NCBI GenBank assembly: GCA_012026655.1
Contig: JAAILG010000938.1
Span: 1 to 64,000 of the forward strand
Length of the DNA stretch: 64,000 nt
Source: Hydrolagus affinis
Taxonomy: Eukaryota
Direction of reading: 5' to 3'
Shown here: piece by piece, positions 1 through 11,689 of the stretch
How the letters are laid out: each line of letters starts with the position of its first letter
Numbering within the stretch: the first letter of the stretch is position 1
Notes under the pieces: generated by a model
What the model saw: the letters and a program-made list of their open reading frames with translations, nothing else
What the model was told of the DNA's origin: nothing
Database searches by the model: none
Program-made: the position numbers and the translations under genes

Positions 1-139
1 CAGTGTGCTCGCATCCCGATTTTTTACCTCGATATATCGTTTTTTCGATATATCGATATTTTTAAAATGTCTATATCGGCATATCGATATGAAAATTATA
101 TCGGGTTTTAGCGATATATCAATATATCGCCGGACCCTA
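1..139. mobile_element. Terminus of a non-autonomous hAT-type DNA transposon (MITE), cut by the window edge
   Basis: Ends ...gatatatcaatatatcgccggacccta (reverse complement TAGGGTCCGGCGATATATTGATATATCG), a TAGGG-type hAT TIR with many CGATAT/ATATCG subterminal repeats; CpG-rich relative to the flank. Confidence 0.7.
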
Positions 140-257
140 TGTTTTAGGTTTTTCCTCCAAAACCATACAGCTTATCCTCATTGAAAGTTTTTTTTCTTCT
201 GTGGCTCTTTCCTTTGTTTCTTCCAATTACAGTACTTTGTCTCTGTATCTGTGATCT

Positions 258-326
258 CAACAACAACAACAACAACTTTGATTTATATAGCGCCCTCCAC
301 GCCGGACGGCGCCTCAGAGCACTTCA
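258..326 (-). mobile_element. Isolated L2 LINE 3' tail, subfamily B (stem-loop + (TTG)n)
   Basis: Reverse complement gtgctctgaggcgccgtccggcgtggagggcgctatataaatcaaag(ttg)n; near-identical to the tails at 13460-13532 and 42412-42475. Confidence 0.8.
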
Positions 327-1870
327 ATTTAATTTTTAAAAATCATTAACCCTTTCTTTCCTAACACCTGTTTATATTGCCTACCATTTCTTCTGTCTCC
401 TTGGGTTCACTTTCCTCTATTTTCACATTCTCGATTCTTGTTAACATTCCCATTTTTATTACATCTTTCGATCCTAATAAAGTAGCAGCTTTTATTTTTA
501 CAATGTAGAATTTTATTGTTTCACTTTGTATATCTCTTCTATCTCTACTCTGCCCACTATGTAAATTCTTTCTTTGTTATAGGTTGTTAGTTTACCTTTC
601 CCTTTCTCCATTTTTTCCTTATGTAGTTCTCGCAATTTTATATATTCTTCCCATGCTATTACACTCATCTTCTTGTTCACTTTCACTGGATTCCATATCT
701 GAGCTGTTGGTCCTTTCATATTCTTGTGATTTAATTTGCCCGATTCTGGTTCTCCTCAGGTTATTTGACTTCTTGTACTCTGTTCTTTCTGTTTGACGTT
801 TCTCCTGTGCTTTATATCTGCTGTATCTCCCTACAGGTTTTTTTTGTCTATTCTTGCATAATCTTGCATAATGCCCATAAATTTTACATTGATAACTTTC
901 TTTTCCTTCTATAGGACATCTCATATGATGTTCTAATCTTCATTTGCCACATTTGTCCATTCTGTTTAGCCTCCCTCTTGGCCTGTATATTCTCTGCACT
1001 TCAAATTATTCCACTGTATCATCCAACTTTGCCTATTGGCTAGTTAATCTATTTCCATTTCTGTTTCTCTCTCTATGTTTCTCATAATTATTTTTGTCAC
1101 CTCTTCAATCCTTATTATCTCCATTGCTGATTCTAACATCAGATCCCCTTTTTTCTCAATCTAGTATATTTTATGCCAACTATGATCTGATCATGTATCA
1201 CTGTGTCTCTTAATGTTCCGTAATTGCAATTTTTACATAGGGATCTCAGTACCGCACAGTACTGATTGAGTGATTCTGTGGGTCCCTGCTTTCTTGTTCC
1301 AAACTTAAATCAGTCAATTATCACATTATTGTTTCCACCGTATTTTCTATCATATTATTCATCATCTCATTCACTGGTATGTCCACCTCTCTTTTTAGGG
1401 TTGAAATATATTCCCTGGCTTCCTCACCTGCCATGATCAAAAATATCACAGACGGCTGTTTCTGTGGCAGTTTCATTGTATTTGCTACTGGTGCAACAAA
1501 ATTAAAGTCTCTTCAAACCGTTGCCAATTATGATTTAAACTTTCAACCAATTTCAGTGGTTTTGGTATTTGCACATAACTTGGTACGGATTTAATTCTGT
1601 TTTTCTCTGCATCTTGCTTTTCAATCCGTATTCCTTCTCATAGTCAGTTTCCATTTGCAGTTATGAAACCACGTAATGTTATTTAATCCAAAACACAATG
1701 TAGATTCACTTGGTCCTTTAATTCCAGCTTTACAAATCAAGCAATGTGACAAATCAACCTCTTTCAAATCTGCCCAGTCACTTTTAGAATCATTACAGAA
1801 TCATTTTATCCTTGCATCATCCATATTCAATTGCCACTTTGGTCCTTAAAGCAACATGCAGCACATGCAA
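327..1870 (-). mobile_element. Decayed Ty3/Gypsy-type LTR retrotransposon: gag plus partial protease, possible 5' LTR/PBS
   Basis: Minus-strand translation with stops and frameshifts: NWQRFERDF (~1530), IMAGEEAREY (~1430), FKFGTRKQGPTESLNQYCAVLRSLCKNCNYGTLRDTVIHDQIIVGI (~1310-1170), paired zinc-knuckle remnants CGK*RLEHHMRCP and SYQCKIYGHYARLC (~955-855), protease C-half LTTYNKERIYIVGRV...FYIV...LLG (~600-440). The LTR extent is a guess. Confidence 0.85.
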
Positions 1871-2194
1871 TGACAAAAATCTCTTTGTAGCGCTTTATCA
1901 GACGGCTAGAACAAAATGCTAAAAGCTTGGGAATTGAAGTGAGAAATAACTTGAAGAATAGTCCAACAGAAACTTTCTGGTACTTCATCTTATAACTTGT
2001 GCATTATAAAGGGTTTCAATGAATTTACTGTGTATTCTTCCTTGTAGATATGTAGGGACAATCCATTGATGAACCTGCCAGGGAAATGAAAGAGAATATC
2101 GCACCACTATAGTTAGTTTCCCCAACATCACCACCACCATCTCGCCCGATATACATTTATTTAAATCACACTGGAATATTTAGTTCAATCACAC

Positions 2195-2280
2195 TGGACG
2201 TCCTCCTGACATGAAGAACAACAACAAAATGACATTTCTGAAAGGCGCACTACAAATGTAATTTGTTGTTGCTGTTGCTA
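2195..2280 (+). mobile_element. L2 3' tail containing a small inverted tail fragment
   Basis: ggacgtcctcctgacatgaa [gaacaacaacaaaatgacatttc] tgaaaggcgcactacaaatgtaatttgttgttg. Confidence 0.7.
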
Positions 2281-2337
2281 TTATCATTATAGTTCCCACT
2301 TTTACAATAAGCAGCTTGAGCTAATGGGACAACATGC

Positions 2338-2626
2338 TAATAATAATAATAATTTGATATAGCGCTTTTCACATCTTCTAGACGTCTCAAAGCACTTCAC
2401 AGAATATACTGTAAAGTGAATTAACTGTATATGTGTGGGTGAAACGTGGCAGCCAATTGTGCATAGCAGTGTCCCACAAACAATCGTGGATTGAAATGAC
2501 CAATTTATTATACTTTTGTTTGAGGGATTATTATTAGGCATGTGGAGTAAGGAAACTTACCCAAGGTTTTGCCCTGCCTGGATTCGAACACAGGTCTTAC
2601 ACTTGTCACTGAGCTACAGCACTCCA
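2338..2626 (-). mobile_element. Young tRNA-derived SINE, short variant
   Basis: A-box gtagctcagtg (partly deleted), B-box gttcgaatcc, Deu-like 3' body, L2-type stem-loop and (TAT)n tail; many similar copies in the window. Confidence 0.9.
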
Positions 2627-2677
2627 GATTCTACAAGCTGGGCGAAACTCATTCAGAGATTAAGTGTCTGATTTCTC

Positions 2678-2698
2678 AGAGAGAGAGAGAGAGAGAGA
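2678..2698. repeat. (GA)n microsatellite
   Basis: Read directly. Confidence 0.9.
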
Positions 2699-3274
2699 TG
2701 AAAAGAAAGATGCTTTACTTGGCAATATCCACTGGAACATATGAGCCTCATAGAAAAATGATTAGAAGAGCTTTTGTACTAGCTAATTTGAAAATAAATA
2801 TATTTCCGTGAATGATACACTGGGCCTTCATGTATTTATACACTGGTACAATATAATTCATGGGTGATATTCATCATATCCACAACTTAGCCTGGAAGTA
2901 TTTACTGTGTTTATTTCTCGACGAGCTTTGCAACAATTCGAGTCATTGATTTGGCTCATTGCTGCCAACGGGTAGCAAACAAAAACATTGGAAAGAAGAA
3001 GTGAGGTAGCACTTCACAGGCCATTTCAGCAGCAAATTGCACATTTGGGACCAATTCTCTGATCTTTGATGACAATTTGCAAACCTCAGGATGGGCAAAC
3101 AGGCCTTCTCTGTTGTTGGTAATTTACAGACTTCTGCAAGTGTGTGGTCACAGTGGTACTGGAAATATGCTCTAATGACAGAATCACAGCTTAAAAGTAA
3201 TTCAAAGAAATTACCAATGCTATAGTGGGTAAAGACATCATTTGGTGAGCAATACTTGATACATATCAAAAAGC

Positions 3275-4028
3275 GTCAACCTGGCTCAGTTAGTACAATT
3301 ATTCCTCGCTTAACGTCGTAGTTGTGTTCTTGAAAAGTGTGACTTTAAGCGAAACAACGTTAAGCGAACACATTTTCCCCAAAATAATTAATGTATGAAC
3401 TGGAGTTAGGTTCTTTGGGATGTTTTTCATCAAAAGTTTCTAACAAAATCATTATACGTTGAAATACATGTACATTCATAAATGTAAAATATTTTTTAAA
3501 TTTTAATAACATAACACTCACAGCATCAAAACGGGTTAAAATATCTAATTTCATTTAGAGAATAATAGTTTTTCTGTTTTTTTTACTACCAGACTCACAA
3601 CTGTCACTTCCTGGAAATAATGTTTTTGACTGATGTTTATAGAGGATTGCACAAATAAATCACGATAAAAAAAATATTACCTGCGTAATATCTCATACCT
3701 GCGTACAAACTTAAAATGGAGATGTTAAGTCTGTGGATGGACGCTGCATCAGAATACTGGACGGTAGCCTTTGCTTCCCAAACTACAGTAGTTCGTTTCC
3801 ACCCGCTGGCGAACGACGTAATAGAGAATGTTGCGATGTTAAATGGATATATGTTGTTCCCTATGTATCCACAACGTAATGATGAAACAACGCTACCTGT
3901 AATACTCTCATCTTTGAGTGAAAAGCTCATATGTTCACGGTCTATGTTGGGGCTTTGAGCTCATAGCTTAGGTTGATGCACCAATATAGTGCCAGAGAAG
4001 TACTGCATAGTCAGAGGTGCCATCATTT
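3275..4028 (+). mobile_element. Old SacSINE1/AmnSINE1-like Deu-SINE 5' part, split by a Tigger insertion
   Basis: gtcaacctggctcagttagta (3275-3295) resumes at 3900 as atactctcatctttgagtgaaaag...taggttgatgcacc...agtactgcatagtcagaggtgccatc. Confidence 0.65.
3296..3899. mobile_element. Tc1/mariner-Tigger-like non-autonomous DNA transposon
   Basis: TA|caattattcctcgcttaacgtcgtagttgtgttcttgaaaa start, repeated gaaacaacg subterminal motifs at both ends, ends ...cctg|TA (right TIR partly deleted). Confidence 0.7.
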
Positions 4029-4047
4029 ATTATATATATGCTGTGCA

Positions 4048-4500
4048 ATAATAATAATTCTTGCATTTGTTATAACACCTTTTATCTATAGGCAGACACC
4101 TTAAAGTGCTTCACACTGCAAACTGTAGCGAATGTGTACTTTTGTAGGCAAATGTGGCAGCCAAACAGCACACAAGCAATGTTCCACAAACACCCATGAA
4201 ATGAATGCCCAATTTTATTCGGGAGTTTTTCGGTCAATAAATTTGGAGAAATTCTCTTCATTTTTTGAATAGATCTTTAACGTCCACTTTTGGTTTAATG
4301 TCTCATCTAAAGGATGGCACCTGCAACAGTGAACAACACTGTTCCTGCTCTGTAGAGCAAATTCCTGATTTCACAACAGCTATCAGACTGTATTGAGAGT
4401 GTCATCCAAGACTGTGAGTTCAAAGTTCAAAGAAGTGGGGTTACAATCCACAACCTTCCAACTGATAGGCGAGAATGCTATCAAATGAGCACCTGTCACC
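4048..4500 (-). mobile_element. Old near-full-length Deu-SINE (SacSINE1-like)
   Basis: tRNA head, Deu core (gtgccatcctttagatgagacattaaacc...gtggacgttaaagatc) and L2-like tail on the minus strand. Confidence 0.75.
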
Positions 4501-4539
4501 TGTTTGAATTCCTCAAGGTTTGACCTAGCTGCTAGTTTT

Positions 4540-4725
4540 CATTCAGGAACCTTGGTAGCAAGCATTGCTGGACTATTTAACCAAGGGTCAGGGGACATCA
4601 GAACTTATCACCCAATACTTACTAATGCTTAGTTTCCTGCTTTCCATCCTATGGCTGATCATATCTCTTTCTAACCCACACACGCTGAGGTTAACTGGCT
4701 GAGATCAGGTAACTAAGCACACATA
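4540..4725 (-). repeat. Ancient dispersed repeat, family X (SINE-like)
   Basis: Shares ttagctgatctcagc-like and gggtga...tgatg...cc motifs with 9600-9890, 27755-27975 and 57585-57760. Confidence 0.5.
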
Positions 4726-5737
4726 GCTTTTCCCTCAAAGGACTAACATTTGCGAATGCATCCCATAGCTTGTGCAACATGTGCAAAAGATGCTGATCAA
4801 GAGGTAAGGTATATCAGTGTTAAAGGGCACCACCTGTTGCATCGAGTCACATTCATTCCAACACTCTGGACATCTAAGGATAATCTTTAGGTCAAATAAA
4901 AACTGAAGGTTAACTGAGAGTCACAGCTGAAAAAATACCTAAAGCTGTAACTTCGTCACTTGGCACTTCTTTGACAATGTAGATATTCATTATAGATCTA
5001 AAACTATGAGAGATTTGGGCTGTATAACATTTCATTTTGCTCAAAGGTTGCTTAATACACAACCTTAATCTTATAACATAATAATCTGATTGTGAGGGTT
5101 ACACAACAAAGTTACAGTACATTTTTGAAAGCTCCTACATTTACCATTAAGTATATGTGAAGTGTGTTGCCTTTTAACTGGAGGATTTGTGACCTGAGAA
5201 GCATCTTGTGCCCAGCAAAGCAGCTGCCTGACCCTTCTTATACAATTCTAGTCTCGTCTCCGGAAGAAGCCAAAACAGCAGGAAGCCAGATACAGTTATT
5301 ATGCGCAACCGTTTCATACTTCTTGCAAACCAAGCGCAGTAGGAATATTACCCCCTTTGAGTTTTAAAGGCACAGATTTGTTTTCTGACAGGGTGTACAA
5401 CTTGCAAGCTTCAAGCGGAACTGATCGAAAACACACCCTGTGAGCCTCAACTCCATCCCTATAAGCAACAGATGTTTGAAATAAACTCATTGATCAGACA
5501 TTTTTGTTCCTTGCACTTTTTACACATATTTTTCTGCAAATTGCTTCAGCGCAGTTGGTAGCATTCTAATCTCTGTGTCAGATTGGCACATGAGCTGACG
5601 TGATGTTCACAGGGTTTGTTACTGGCTACTTGTTCAGGTGGACGTCAAAGATCTGACTGTATTTCTTTGAAAATAAAAGGGAGTTTCTTCTGAAGGTCAA
5701 TAAATCTACAGATTAATTTTTCAATCACCTCACTTAT

Positions 5738-6410
5738 ATTGAATCATAGAATTTTATAGAACAGAAGAAGGCCATTCGGCCCATCGTGTCTGCCAGCTCT
5801 TTTAAAAGAGCTGTCCAAATCAATCCTACTTTCCCACTCACGCCCCACAGATCCCTGCAACTTGGCATCCACAAACAATTATCTATTTCTCTCTTAAAAG
5901 TTGTAATCGTATTGGCTTCCACCACCCTTTTAGGCAATGCATTCCAAATCCAAACAACTCGCTGCGTGAAAACATTTCTTCTCCCCACCCCTCTGTTTCT
6001 TTTAACAACTATTTTAAATTGGTGTCCTCGAGTTACCGACCCACCTACCAGTGGAAATAGTTTTTCCTTGTTCAAATCCCCTCATAATTTTGAAAACTCA
6101 TATTAAGTCTCTTCTGAACCGTCTCTGCTCCAAGGAGAATAGTCCTAGCTTTCTACCCTTGCCTGGTAACTGAGGTCCCTCATTCCTGATCCCATCCTGG
6201 TAAATCTCGTTTGCACACTCTCCTATGCCTTGACATCCTTCCTAAAGTGTGGTGTCCAGAACTGAACAAAGTAATCTAGCTAAGGCCTAACCGTTGTTTT
6301 TTAAGGTGCTTCATAACTTCCTGACCTTTGTATTCTATGCCCATATTTATAAAGCCTAGTATTCTGTATGGTTTTTTTTATCTACCTGTCCTGTCACCTT
6401 CAAACACATT
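5738..6410 (-). mobile_element. CR1 LINE 3' fragment
   Basis: ORF 5734..6075 KLFPLVGGSVTRGHQFK...FTQRVVWIWNALP matches the CR1 ORF2 C-terminus; attctatg-type tail. Confidence 0.9.
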
Positions 6411-9209
6411 CCCTGTTACAAATGTCTGTTGTGTAATAAAGCTCAAAGATCCATGAACTTTATGGCTCAGTAGGAAACTGTTCAAAGCACTTATCCATTA
6501 ATCTATTCAGTGAACTACTTCTAAGCCCAGTGGTAAATCTGCCATATTGGCACTAATTCAACTTGATAATTAATGTGTAATTCATTGATCCACTACTTTG
6601 TCAGTCCAGAGTTTCATTCTGTGCAGGATCATTCCAATGGCGGGTCCTCTCTGAGTTTCACAGTCAGCATATGATTAAAGAGCTCTACCAAAATTTTACA
6701 CGATAACATATCATACTTTTAATGAAGTATAAAAGTGACAACCTTGGCAATGGAATGTGAAAATGAGTCGACCCTCTGTGGTGGACTCAGTTGTCTAGTT
6801 CCTGAGCCAGGTCGATTCAAGGTCCTGCAGGGCTAATGACAGACTAACCCAACCTAGATGCTCAGCAGGAAATGGAGGGGTAGATATGTGGAACTCTCAG
6901 TCTAGGTTGGATGTTTAGATACTTTTAAGAATGAGTTTCCACTTGTGTCTGAAATTTGGCTGACCAAAGATCAGAACTACTTCATTTTACTGCAGAGGAA
7001 ACACTAATGGTGGTGTTTTTTCCTCTATTGTAAATGATACCCAGTCTGCAGAGAATGTACAATAGAAAATCCAGCACCTTCACCTTCACAAATCTGGGGT
7101 TGAGAAAAACAATGTACGTATCAGTTTATTTTTCAAAACACATTTAAATGCACTGTTAAAAGTTTGGAAGAAAAAAGCAACAGATACCAGTGAAAATCAA
7201 ATGGCTCAAAGTCTGCAACACTTTACAACACTGTTTGATTTAGTATTTGAAATGTACCTGCTAACAAATAACCATTTGTTGTCTGTTGAATTCAAATCTG
7301 CTAAGGTGGTATTCCAGTGTTTTATGAGTTCTGGTGTGATGTAGCTGAGGCCGTTGCCTATTTTGTTTACTTTATAAGGGAACTTCAAAGAGACTGAACT
7401 GGCAGATATTTCATAGGGGTCACTGTGATTGGATTGTATTGACAAATATTACTCTGATAAATCATTACTTGATATATTGTACCAGAATTGAATAAACAGA
7501 CAGTATACCCCATGCAAGGAGGTATTGATTTAAGACTTGATGCAGTTAGTAAGGAATGTTCGTCTTAAAGCTGGCTGTATCATTATTCCCATTTATGTGC
7601 TCTCATTTAAACAAACGTTTCTTTTATTTATGTCTAGTTACATTGGTAAATAATTATGAATGTTTGTTTCCATTTCATAAAGTCTATTCAAACAAATGCA
7701 GTTCTTATCAGAGTTATTTTCACTGTCAATTATCATTAATCATAGTGATATGGTATGACCTTCCTGTGCTCAGCAAGAATTTCATTTTTCTGTCAGGCAT
7801 CTACATGTGACTTGAGTTCTGATGAATTCCGGGAGAAGTACTGGCACCATCAATACATGTGTCTGCATAATAAGCTTGTATAAGAATATAAATAAATATA
7901 GCCTTAATAGACTCTTGACCCAAAGTTAATGCACATGCCTTCCACTGAATTGAAAAACAAGAACGATGAGTAATGTGACATTCCCTGTAATGAAAGAAAA
8001 GCAATGTAGGCACTTCTAAAATTGCATTATGACATGATCAAACTAGTCCATCATATTTTTTTTCCAGAGATTTGATCAAGAAATCCAGGCGGAATTTTGA
8101 ACAGTCCAAAACAGGGCTGTGAGACATTGTAATCCAAGTTAATATTAAATATATATTATATTAAATTACTTTAGCTTTAGATGTTTTTACAACTGTCAGA
8201 AAAATTGCTGCAAAGAGACATAGTACAAGCCTCTAGGTTGTAATTACTCATTCAGGGTCAGTATCATTCGATGATAGTGGTTTGTCTATCTCACTGATTC
8301 TCAAATTAAACTGATCACACATTAATTCACCCAGTCCATAGTGTGGTTTCATCTACATGTAATGAATACTCCTGAGAGCAATGTGAAAATAGTTGCTGTT
8401 TGTGTATCCCTGTGTGACATGATGCATTTCCCTTCTTGTTGCTTATTAAAAACATTGGGTGACATTTTCCCCTTGGCACTTGATGCAAGCACTAGTTGTG
8501 CTGGCACAGTGCTGCTTAACACTCTTGAGTTTTTCCCACATATTGCATTTCACCACTCTTTATATTGCTACACATTTTCCCTTTAAAACTCTGCGCAGGT
8601 GGCACCCAGTGTGATTTAAGGCAGTGAATACTTTAATCAGGCTTGTGCTGTCGTTAATAATGCTGGATGAGATATTACGCTCAACCATTCAATACTAAGC
8701 CCTGGCATTAGTTAAACATTCATGCAGCTGGTCTTAATAATGCCAGAGCCATATAAAACACATGACACTTCAGCAGGCAGATCCATCCTGAGAGTAGACT
8801 GATATATTATGATGTATGTGGATGCTTCTGGCAGGGTAAGAAGATGAGAGAGGAGGCCATATCCATTGCATGGTTTTATTGGCATGTCTTGTCTGTGAAA
8901 GGCAAGTCAGGTGTATGTTTTGATAAAGCAAAAACATCATAACTGTTCAGCTACCTAATAATTACCAGCCTTCTCTGTAACTGTGAGGTTGAAGCTGATT
9001 TCTGCATGTATGTTGTTGGCTCTATTCAACCTTCTGATGTAGAGTTGTCCAGCATCAGAAAATCTGCTGTGTACATTAGATAAGGTATTGATCCCTAATT
9101 TGATTAACCAAGCCAGTCGCTATTTTGTATTCCTAATCACCCAAGGATTGCTATCATCAATGGTGATAGAATGCCTATTTTCAGAGAATATGCCTGACAC
9201 AGAAATGGA

Positions 9210-9530
9210 AGGAACATAGGAAATGCTAGATGAAAAAAGACAGAAGTGCATCCAGTTTGCCTTCTACCACCCTGGCAGTTGCTTGTACATTTAATGTCCT
9301 GAACTATTCATATACTGCATCTCAAAATATTATTTCCTAAAAGAAATGTATCTAATTTGCCTTTGAAAGAATCAGCACTTTCTGCTTCTATCGTCTCCCT
9401 AGGGAGTCTGTTCCATAGATTTACCACTCGCTCACTGAAATAGTGTTTACGCAGATTTGTTTTGAATTATAAATTGCAGACCATATCCTCTGGTTCTATT
9501 ATTCTAGACAAGATTAAACAGGTACTGTAT
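9210..9530 (-). mobile_element. Old CR1 3' fragment
   Basis: aacatagg tail followed by degenerate ORF2 C-terminus (cagtgagcgagtggtaaatctatggaacagactccc on the minus strand). Confidence 0.65.
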
Positions 9531-9599
9531 TATGGTACTCCCGAATAGAACAGGAACTGCTCCCAATATAACAACAGCTCATATAGCTGGTCAGAACAG

Positions 9600-9890
9600 C
9601 AGTCACTTCAGAGTTAGCTGATCCCAGCTGAGACTACAGTTGATGCATCCCAGGGTGAGGGAGAGTGTAATTATTTGGGGTTCTCCAACTGGAGAATGTG
9701 TGCGGATGTTGGGTGAAGATGGGGTCAGGCTCAATTGTGATGACCCTTCAGTCAAATTGTCTGCCAAGGCTCATACACAATAATGGGCACTGGGTTCAGG
9801 TATGGGAGAGTGACTGCAATGCGTGATCCTCTGCTCAGTAGAAATGGAAGAAAAAGTGCCAACAGTTTCAGGAGAGGAGGGAAAGCATTA
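9600..9890 (+). repeat. Ancient dispersed repeat, family X
   Basis: gagttagctgatcccagc...gatgttgggtgaagatggggtcaggctcaattgtgatg...ttcaggagaggaggg; aligns by eye with the reverse complement of 27755-27975. Confidence 0.6.
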
Positions 9891-10204
9891 TGACTGAAAA
9901 TCAGAAAAATGTTACACTCGTTTTTCTGATCTCAGGCTTGACTACAATATACCTCAGTGTTTATTACCTTGGGAGGGTAAAAGATGCTCCTGACTGCTGC
10001 CTGGTGTTTCATGCTGGAGGTGCATTTGGAGACCAAGGGAGCTTGTTTAGGCTACTTACAAATGAATCTTAGGATCGGGCTTATATTTGGCCATTTTGGA
10101 TCTCATCTTTACTAAAATAATGTCAAATAAATTGACATCCAGCAAAGCAACAACTGGAAGTCTATTCCCAGGATAGAATCTCGCTAAATGGGAAGTCAAG
10201 AGAG

Positions 10205-10860
10205 AATCATAGAATCCTATAGCTCAGAACGAGGCTATTTGACCCATCATTTCCTTTCTCCACACGCTTAATAATAATCCCTCAGAAACCCCCCCAATAA
10301 TAAATTGGTAATTTTCAATCCATGACTCTTTGTGGATCACTGTGGTGTGCAGTTGGCTGCTGTGTTTCATCCACAAATATACAGTCAATTCACTTTACAG
10401 TATATTCTGTGAGGCGCTTTGAGATGTCTAGAAGATGTGAAAAATACTATATCAAATGCAAATTTTATTATTATTGTTATTATCGTGATTGTGTTGACTC
10501 TTTGAAAGAATTATCCAATTCCACTCCAATACCCCCTCTTTCCCCGTAGCCTTCCAACTTTTATTATTTTCAATTATCTGTCCAATTCACTTTTGAAAGT
10601 TATTATTGAATGATAAATTTGCACTATTCCCAGAAAGGCGTTTTCTGTGTTTGCAAAATGCAATGCCTTGCCAAAATCATCAGGCCCAATTGGTATCCAT
10701 TTCCTTAACTTTTCTCCATATCACTTCACACTCTTACTCTTCAAGTATCTATCGATTTCCCTTTTATAAACATACTGATCGATACTGCATCCACAGCCTC
10801 CCAGGACAATTCATTCCACATTCCTGTGATTCTTAGTGTGACGAAATGTTTTTAAATCCA
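10205..10860 (-). mobile_element. CR1 3' fragments interrupted by a headless SINE
   Basis: aatcatagaatcc tail; the CR1 resumes at 10484 (cgtgattgtgttgactctttgaaag). Confidence 0.65.
10250..10483 (+). mobile_element. Young SINE, short variant, 5'-truncated (no tRNA head)
   Basis: ctccacacgcttaataataatccctc...gcgctttgagatgtctagaagatgtgaaaaa...(tat)n. Confidence 0.85.
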
Positions 10861-11689
10861 ACTTGCTTCTGTTTAATTAAATAGGACATTCATTCAGAGT
10901 TGTATTCGGTTTCAATATCTAAATATCTGCAAGTTAATTTAACCTGTCTGATTGTTAGGTATTATATTGGCACATCAATTATTTTTATTTACCTTTTATA
11001 GAATCTCCCTCAGAACCACTTCAGCATTATCCTAGTGCTCGTGAATGTACATTAATGCATTTTTCCAACGATGCCGCTTACAACGACATGTACAGCAAAG
11101 CACTTTGGGTCAGATTGATATGATACCATAGATTTTTATTAACATATAGAAATTCCAGTTCTGTTGTATAGAACATAATAAACAGTTGAAGCAAAAGCAC
11201 ATTTTACATGAGAGTTTCAATGAAATAAATTGTAAAAGTGTCAAATAGAACCATGGTAATTCTAAAGCACAAAGAGACCAATCAAGCCAAAACTATGCCA
11301 CTGGCCTCAATGGAGCTAACTACTCTGATCCCAATTCCATGCTCTTTCCAGAGTGTGCCTTGGGGTACTGTTGGAGTTTAATAGCTAAACATGTTTTGAG
11401 ACGTCCTCCTGATCTGAAAGGAATCATGTCAAAAGCAGTGACAATTTATTGCAATTTATTGCATTGAAAATAATACAGAACTGTTGAAAGTTCTGGATTG
11501 GGGTATCTAGTTTCTGTCTACATGATGTACACAGGAGTCAAAAATGATGAAAGTGTTTATAAGACCTGTGCGTGTTCTCTTTTCCCACTTTTAGCCATAT
11601 TCATAGCTCAGTCCTTTCAAGAAGAAACAAGTATTTGTACAATGTGCAACTGGATAGTAGATAATTCATAATAGACTGATTATATAATA

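Noticed and set aside
2943-3269. 108-aa minus ORF with EVCKLPTTEKAC, superficially Kunitz-like
   Set aside because: Lacks the G-x-C and FxYGGC motifs and the cysteine spacing; no convincing splice sites
4741-4803. AG...GTAAGG-bounded segment
   Set aside because: Stop codons in all three frames
5392-5439. 48-nt segment with a good acceptor and a GTGAG donor (similar cases near 8068 and 8773)
   Set aside because: Peptides unrecognised; such signals are expected by chance in 64 kb
6848-6910. 10-bp inverted repeat ccaacctaga/tctaggttgg as a possible miRNA or ribozyme
   Set aside because: The interior does not pair; no hammerhead core or known miRNA sequence
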